Shown: piece by piece, positions 58,420-64,000 of the stretch
Layout: each line of letters opens with the position of its first letter
Numbering within the stretch: the first letter of the stretch is position 1
Assembly: GCA_028718605.1 (NCBI GenBank)
Contig: JAQULM010000001.1
Span: forward strand, 94,693-158,692
Length of the DNA: 64,000 bases
Direction of reading: 5' to 3'
Source of the DNA: Patescibacteria group bacterium
GTDB lineage: Bacteria > Patescibacteriota > Patescibacteriia > UBA10025 > JAHIVO01
Notes under the pieces: generated by a model
Seen by the model: only the letters and a program-made list of their open reading frames with translations
Told to the model about the DNA's origin: nothing
Database searches by the model: none
Position numbers and translations under genes: made by a program

Positions 58420-58960
58420 TTAATATCCAATTCTCAAATATCCAATATCCAGTGAATGTTCAATGTCTGAATTTCCAATGCCCAATGAGAGATAAATTGA
58501 TGAGATATTAATAGCTTCGCTTGTTAGTTGAGTTTACGATTGCATTGAAGATAAGCGTAAGCTCGGTTGCTTCTCGTTTGAGAGGATCGACTGCAGTCTT
58601 GAGACTCGGCACCGCTTCATCGAGCATGATAAGCCAGTGCCTCGACTCCTTTGATTCTTTCCGGCAGATGCTGATCTTGTGCTTGAAGTCTTTCCGTGAC
58701 TCAGCGTTATCAGCCTCGCAGTAATTTGCGCCAACACTCGTTGCCGCCCGAATGACTTGCGTGATCAGTGGTCTGGTTACCGGTGTCTCTGAAATACGTT
58801 TCGCCAACCCAATAACCGAGCGGCCAAACGTCGCTGTCCGTTCTTCTAGATCAAATTTCTTATTTGATAATTGGGAATTGTTCATTGGAGCTTAATTGGT
58901 AATTGGATATTGGCCATTGGGATTTCATTGGAAATTGATAATTGGTTATTGGATATTTCC
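58420..58960. mobile_element. Putative small mobile element: CCAAT-rich left arm and ATTGG-rich right arm (inverted) flanking a four-helix-bundle gene
   Basis: The left arm (58420..58500) carries repeated (A/T)TCCAAT motifs. The right arm (58886..58960) carries repeated ATTGGA(T/A) motifs. The outer ends aatatccaat and attggatatt are reverse complements. The arms are homologous to the cargo-less foldback at 45801..45900. Confidence 0.4.
58508..58885 (-). CDS. Four-helix-bundle protein (23S rRNA intervening-sequence protein family)
   Basis: GANYCEADNAESRKDFKHKISICRKESKESRHWLIML matches the family signature. Confidence 0.8.
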   Translation of the reverse strand: MNNSQLSNKKFDLEERTATFGRSVIGLAKRISETPVTRPLITQVIRAATSVGANYCEADNAESRKDFKHKISICRKESKESRHWLIMLDEAVPSLKTAVDPLKREATELTLIFNAIVNSTNKRSY

Positions 58961-59956
58961 TTACACATACTCTTCCCACATCATTAATCTGATTTTGCCG
59001 ACATCCCGCGTCTGCCCCAGTACCCACATGAATTTCACGAACGTTGTTTCGAACGTCTTGTCATTGATTACAATATACTCGCGCTTCTTCTTCTTGACGT
59101 CCAGCGCAAACGGGTTGTGCGCGAGAATCGGAACTTTTTTGCGATATGCCCGTTCGAGTACGGGCTTGAAGGTATCGGGAAACAAGTTGGTATTGAAACT
59201 GCGCACGACGATGCCGCGGTATCCCTTCTTGAGCAAGGCATCCAGGAGCTCCGGTCCGGCACCCGGGACGAGCTGCAGCAGTCCAACGTTCGATTCGATT
59301 GTGTCGAGCAGCCGCGGCTTGGCGCGGGAGCGGCGCGTCGCCGTTGCGAGGAGCTTGATACCAAAATCCACGGTCCCGAGGAGCCCGTCGCGGTGCGCAT
59401 CGAAGAAATTGAATGACGCGGCATCGCTCTTCACCGCGCGGGTGCCCTGCAGCAGGCGGTTGCCGAACATGATCGCGACTTCCGCGATGTCCATGGACGC
59501 GACCTGCACGGCGTTAATCAGGTTTGCCTTGATGCCCAAGTTCCGGTAGTTGGAAATCAGCCCGGACAAATCCTGCTTGTCGCTCTCGGTCACCTCGGCT
59601 GACAGCGGCGACCCGGTAACGATGATCGGCTTGCCCAACGGCTGCAGCATGAACGACAGCGCCGCACTCGTGTACAGCATCGTGTCGACGCCGTGGAGCA
59701 CGACAAAACCGTCGTACCGGGGCATCCTGCTGTGGATTTCCCGGGCAAGGCGTATCCACAGGTTTGGCTCGATTTCCGACGCGTCGCCGCCAAAAACGAA
59801 TACGGGATCGACGTCCGCGATCAGCTGGAGCTCGGGGATGGCGTCCATCCAAGGCTTCAGGTCAGCGCTCGACATCACGGACACGACGCGGTCGTCGGAT
59901 ACCATCGCGGATCCGCCGCAAAACAAGAGGCAAATTGTAGGTTTAGCGTGAAGCAT
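58961..59956 (-). CDS. L-asparaginase / glutaminase-family amidohydrolase
   Basis: N-terminal ICLLFCGGSAM (compare the TGGTIA motif); type I asparaginase fold. Confidence 0.75.
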   Translation of the reverse strand: MLHAKPTICLLFCGGSAMVSDDRVVSVMSSADLKPWMDAIPELQLIADVDPVFVFGGDASEIEPNLWIRLAREIHSRMPRYDGFVVLHGVDTMLYTSAALSFMLQPLGKPIIVTGSPLSAEVTESDKQDLSGLISNYRNLGIKANLINAVQVASMDIAEVAIMFGNRLLQGTRAVKSDAASFNFFDAHRDGLLGTVDFGIKLLATATRRSRAKPRLLDTIESNVGLLQLVPGAGPELLDALLKKGYRGIVVRSFNTNLFPDTFKPVLERAYRKKVPILAHNPFALDVKKKKREYIVINDKTFETTFVKFMWVLGQTRDVGKIRLMMWEEYV

Positions 59957-59999
59957 GTATCGCTTTAATCTTCATTCTATTGTTTTTTAGCTAACTAAT

Positions 60000-60420
60000 G
60001 CTTGTCACTCTGACCTGCTGGACGTTTAGAGATCGCCGCGCTTCGCTCGCGATGACAGAAAAAGTATGTCTTTGCGACCGGAGCGAAGCAATCAAGTTCA
60101 GATTCCGGGTCAAGCCCGGAATGACCAGGGTTTATTATTTTGTCATCCTGAACTTGATTCGGCGTCGAGCCATCTCACCCTCTGTCACTCTGACCCGCCA
60201 TTGGGTGGGGAAGAGTCCCCTGGCCGGAGGCCAGGAGATGCTTTGCATGCAGTGGCGTCATGGGGTCTCTCGTTACACATGAAGGAGGCGGTGACCAACC
60301 CAGTTTGTCACCCTGAACGCAGTGAAGGGTCCCCTGGCCGATTGTCCAGAGATCGCCGCGCTTCGCTCGCGATGACAGAAAAAGTATGTCTTTGCGAGCG
60401 CAGCGAAGCAATCTCATGAG
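60000..60420. repeat. Hairpin-rich repeat block
   Basis: Two copies of a 66-bp palindromic unit (60028..60093 and 60348..60413). Several GTCA(C/T)CCTGAAC / TGTCACTCTGACC boxes. Perfect palindromes attccgggtcaagcccggaat and cctggccggaggccagg. Confidence 0.55.
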
Positions 60421-60689
60421 TACCAATTATACGCAAGGTCTTTCCACTGTCTATTATTCTTTTCAATCAGCTGTATCTTCTTTTGCCTTGAACCAGCCTT
60501 GATCTGTTTCTCCCGTGCAATTGCATCCATCGGATTGTCGAACACTTCGTAATAAACTAACTTGTTAACGTTATACTTACTTGTAAATCCTTTGACTATT
60601 TTCGTTTTGTGCTGGTACACACGCCCTTCTAAACTACCAGTAACGCCAGTATAAAGGACTCTATTGAACTTATTCGTCATAATATACAT
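60414..60689 (-). CDS. GIY-YIG nuclease-family small protein (UPF0213/YhbQ-like)
   Basis: MYIMTNKFNRVLYTGVTGSLEGRVYQH...KLVYYEVFDNPMDAIAREKQIK. Its stop abuts repeat copy 2. Confidence 0.8.
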   Translation of the reverse strand: MYIMTNKFNRVLYTGVTGSLEGRVYQHKTKIVKGFTSKYNVNKLVYYEVFDNPMDAIAREKQIKAGSRQKKIQLIEKNNRQWKDLAYNWYS

Positions 60690-60729
60690 GCAGTACTGCC
60701 GTTCCTGCCGCATAGTATCATTCCATTCG

Positions 60730-62169
60730 TCATGAGGATGCCTCGCCGTGCATCTGTAATCGTATCCGCTCCATCGCATCGCGGTACTGGAGGGCGTTCG
60801 CGAGCGGCGCAGTAACCTGGTCGCGCACGTGCTCAAGGTACTGCACATCCTGCACCGTATACGCATCGGATCCCGTGCGGTCGCCAACGGCGATAATCCC
60901 GATTACTTCGTCCTCGGTTCGCAGCGGCACGTACGCGGTAATATGCCGCTTTTTCATGTCATGCTCAGCCCGTTGTAGGTTGCCATTGCCCTTCCCCTCC
61001 TCGATCAGGTGGGGAATTTCGTCGCGGATGATCACGTCCGGCTTTACAAGCGCCAACCGGGCTAAATCGCTCGAGTCCTCGTGCAATTCTTCGCGCTGCA
61101 TGGCGTCCGGGCTATGCACAAAACACCCCTTGGTTCGTTCGAGGAGGAATATTTTTACGGCGTTTGCGTTCAGGTAGCCCTGAATGTTTTTTGCAACGGC
61201 GTCCGCAAGCTCCTGCGCGTCAGTCTTTTTTGCCACAGCGTCGCGCACCTCTTGAACGGCGAGGTCAATGCTCTGCCTGCCCTTGAACGTTGTGTCAACA
61301 ATTTTTTCAACGAGCCTCTTCAATGGCGGAAACCCTAACGCAACGAGTGCAATGAGGATTATTGCCGTCCACGTCGTATTAATATTCCACGATTGTTCAA
61401 TAGTTGACTTTAAAGCGAGAGCGAGATACGTATAAATTGCGAGAACAAGTATCAATGAAATTCCATAAATAACTCCACGGCGAACTATTACCCTAATATC
61501 CATAAATCGGTATTTGATCATGGCATATGAAGTTGCTGCAGCATATACAATACAAGCAATATAAGCAATCGAAAATAACGTTGAGTTTGAACGATTAATC
61601 GCAAATTCAAAACTTAAAACTAACCCAATGGTGATTGCTACTAGTAAGCCGAGGATAATATATTGTAACTGAATGTGTGCGACTCCTTGAGAATGTTTAT
61701 ATTTTGTAATTAAATTATAAAAGGTGATTGGAAAAAAATAAATTGCGATCGTTAGAAAATAAATTATAAAAAGTAATATATTGTAAACTAAACCAGAATT
61801 TTGATAATAAAATATTTTTCCAAAAATCGTTAAAAGAATTACTGATCCAATAGGAATGAACAGTAATAGCTCCGATTTTATCGTCAACCTTTTGTTCTCG
61901 GTAGGAAAATGAATTGCAAACAGCGATAAAAAATAGGCGATTAACGATGCAAATATGAAATCTAGTTTTGATAGAAATATATTTATTGAGGGAATATTCC
62001 TCAATGAACTTGTTTCAAACGTCCCGATTATTACCCAAAAAGCCCCCATTACAAGAAACCAAATATATCTATTAAATGCTTTGGTTTTCTTGCGCTTGAT
62101 AATAGCTTCAATAGCAATTAATGTTACAAAAACTGCACTGATCCCACAAAGAATTACTAAAATATCCAT
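60730..62169 (-). CDS. 7TM-GAF sensor paralog with no kinase domain
   Basis: An N-terminal 7TM block with the shared motif IKYRFMDIRVIVRRGV, and a C-terminal GAF-like domain. Confidence 0.7.
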   Translation of the reverse strand: MDILVILCGISAVFVTLIAIEAIIKRKKTKAFNRYIWFLVMGAFWVIIGTFETSSLRNIPSINIFLSKLDFIFASLIAYFLSLFAIHFPTENKRLTIKSELLLFIPIGSVILLTIFGKIFYYQNSGLVYNILLFIIYFLTIAIYFFPITFYNLITKYKHSQGVAHIQLQYIILGLLVAITIGLVLSFEFAINRSNSTLFSIAYIACIVYAAATSYAMIKYRFMDIRVIVRRGVIYGISLILVLAIYTYLALALKSTIEQSWNINTTWTAIILIALVALGFPPLKRLVEKIVDTTFKGRQSIDLAVQEVRDAVAKKTDAQELADAVAKNIQGYLNANAVKIFLLERTKGCFVHSPDAMQREELHEDSSDLARLALVKPDVIIRDEIPHLIEEGKGNGNLQRAEHDMKKRHITAYVPLRTEDEVIGIIAVGDRTGSDAYTVQDVQYLEHVRDQVTAPLANALQYRDAMERIRLQMHGEASS

Positions 62170-62566
62170 AATATTCTCCTTTCTTTGCGCCGTCGCAATA
62201 ATTAGCGCCGTCGCTTTTAACCTACCACTCCCCCTTTTCCCGTCAAGTTAGATATAAACAAACGCCTGTGGATAAGTTCATTTACCGTATAATGCATGGA
62301 GCGTACAATTACCGTAGTACATATAACATAGATATAGACTTCTTTCTCTTCAACGCCCATTGCGTGGGATTAACACACGCTCAAATCGCGCTTTTGTCTC
62401 ACGGATGAGCAAATCCACGCCACCTATCGTCCAAATTCGTGGCTGGTACCCAGGTGCGCCAGCACCAATCATTGCCCTCCCCAGGTTCACCCCGGACTTG
62501 TGGAGGGCGTATTTTACCAAACCAAAACACGCCGCCGTGCCTGTCGCAGGCAGTTTTTGAATTGTC

Positions 62567-63217
62567 CTAACGGACCTGCTCGGGATTTTCGCCGCTGGCC
62601 TTCACGATCCTCCACTGCTCGATGCGCCGCACGGCGAACATAAGAATGAGTACGACAACAATCGCGCCGATCATGTTCCACATCATGTCATCCGCCGTGT
62701 CAATGCCGTCGCCGAGCCGCTTGCCGACAACCCCCCTGATTTTATCCTCAATATATTCTTCCATCTCGTAGCACGTGCCGAGCGCCATGGTCATAATGAC
62801 CGCGATAAAGCCAGTGAGCTTCTTGCCGATGCCGAGCTTGCCCGCCTGCCGCAAATGCCAAAACAAGTAAAATGCCAGGAGCGCCGTCATACCGCCGCCG
62901 AACGCGTGCGCCATCTGGTCGTACCACATGTACTTCGAATACCAGTGTGCCACGTCACCCATCGCGTCAACCGATACCGACAGGAATGCGCCGAGGAACA
63001 CGAACCAGGGAAACGGCTCGCCCGTCGCCTTCCTGACGCGGTTCGAGATTACTTCAACTGCCAGCCATACGCTCCCCGACGTGACGATGAGCCCGCTCCA
63101 GGTGAAATCGAGCGAGAAGTGCAGCACTTCGATCCAGTTCAGGAATTCAAAAACGATCCACGCCGAGAAAGCGAGGCGTACGATAGTGGTGATAAGTGCG
63201 TTGCGTTTCATACGCAT
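62567..63217 (-). CDS. Hypothetical membrane protein
   Basis: The start at MRMKRNALITTIV was chosen to avoid overlap with the next gene. Five or six TM helices. Confidence 0.5.
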   Translation of the reverse strand: MRMKRNALITTIVRLAFSAWIVFEFLNWIEVLHFSLDFTWSGLIVTSGSVWLAVEVISNRVRKATGEPFPWFVFLGAFLSVSVDAMGDVAHWYSKYMWYDQMAHAFGGGMTALLAFYLFWHLRQAGKLGIGKKLTGFIAVIMTMALGTCYEMEEYIEDKIRGVVGKRLGDGIDTADDMMWNMIGAIVVVLILMFAVRRIEQWRIVKASGENPEQVR

Positions 63218-63404
63218 ATCGTACTGTACCCGCGCCGTGCCTGTCAACGCCGCTTCTCGTTTTTGTCTCTGTGAATAAACCGGCTTGACGGAGCTCACGC
63301 GTACGCTATACTTTCCGTTGGAACGACCACCGACCCACGATGGTTGTTCCGCTTTTATATTAATAACAAACCCCGCTGCCTTGGCAATAAACAACGGGGT
63401 TATA

Positions 63405-63923
63405 CTAAGTGGTACGCACCTGCACTTCATGGAGCAGGCGCACAGTCTGCTCAACGATCGGCCTGCCGATACTGCTCGCTTTTTTCGCGTGGATGTTCAG
63501 CGAGTAGCCCTGCCGGCTGCGGGTGAACTTAAAGAGAAGGACGATTTTGTGGGTACGGAGCCATTGGAACGCTTTGTCGAACTGTTCCTGGTCGAAGAAC
63601 ACGATTTTGTGGGCGACATCGCGCTGGATATTCTCGAGATAGGTATACGAGTTGAGGATATACGGAATGCCACCCAGCGGACTGCCCAACGCAAGGAGTA
63701 TCCAGGTGACGTGGCCAACATCAATGGGATGGGGAATGTAACCCCGAATACGCCCTGCGAGCTGCTGGAACAGCTCATCCTCGGACATGATTACCTCTTG
63801 GTCCATAGCGCCTGCTGTCACGGGCTGGCGAGGTGTTGCAGGAGAATCAGGCTGCCCCAGAGCTTCATGCAGCCCAAGCGCCTTTTCCAAGTAATAAATG
63901 CGCGTACTCAGGCGTGACTTCAT
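63405..63923 (-). CDS. Hypothetical protein (172 aa)
   Basis: An ORF with no recognisable motifs. Confidence 0.4.
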   Translation of the reverse strand: MKSRLSTRIYYLEKALGLHEALGQPDSPATPRQPVTAGAMDQEVIMSEDELFQQLAGRIRGYIPHPIDVGHVTWILLALGSPLGGIPYILNSYTYLENIQRDVAHKIVFFDQEQFDKAFQWLRTHKIVLLFKFTRSRQGYSLNIHAKKASSIGRPIVEQTVRLLHEVQVRTT

Positions 63924-64000
63924 CCCCTCCGCGAGCTTGATCCACTCTGTTTGCGCGGCAGTACGTTTGGAATCAGGAATCGCATGAATACGATCCCAGA

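Noticed and set aside
1-64000. CRISPR arrays or cas genes
   Set aside because: There are no regularly spaced short direct repeats. The repeats found are palindromic or foldback elements with irregular spacing.

Overview
A 64-kb bacterial chromosomal window, about 50% GC, with a strong minus-strand bias. A CHAP-domain protein carrying a type-A T9SS C-terminal sorting domain, together with an OmpA-domain protein ending in a beta-barrel-like C-terminus, suggests a diderm lineage, plausibly the FCB group. That lineage is an inference, not proven.

The window reads as five blocks:
1. lepA (partial), murJ, and several small secreted or membrane proteins.
2. An exopolysaccharide cluster: three GT4 glycosyltransferases, a Wzz-like co-polymerase and a polyprenyl-phosphate sugar transferase, with a type-A RNase P RNA gene directly upstream.
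3. Housekeeping genes: GDPD, RNase HI, recJ, a nucleotide-salvage-like cluster (two HD proteins, a Prs-like protein, an NDT-like protein), an FtsEX-like ABC pair, and dus.
4. A plus-strand tRNA operon (Met, His, and a Phe-like gene with a 30-nt anticodon-loop insertion) with its own promoter and terminator.
5. A fermentative energy module: PfkB kinase, 2-oxoacid:ferredoxin oxidoreductase alpha/beta, ADP-forming acetyl-CoA synthetase, two tandem iPGM paralogs, enolase, pgk, and a group 3b [NiFe]-hydrogenase operon (hydB, hydG, hydD, hydA, hypC). The hydrogenase operon is interrupted by unknown genes and ends in a segmentally duplicated region containing truncated HypA fragments.

The 3' third of the window holds three paralogous 7TM-GAF sensors, one of which is a full histidine kinase. 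They surround an AT-rich ThiF / membrane / LuxI-like N-acyltransferase trio and an RHH regulator. Also present are an ATTGG/CCAAT foldback repeat family (one copy carries a four-helix-bundle gene) and a hairpin-rich repeat block next to a GIY-YIG nuclease gene.

All coordinates for RNAs, promoters, terminators and internal start codons are manual estimates.
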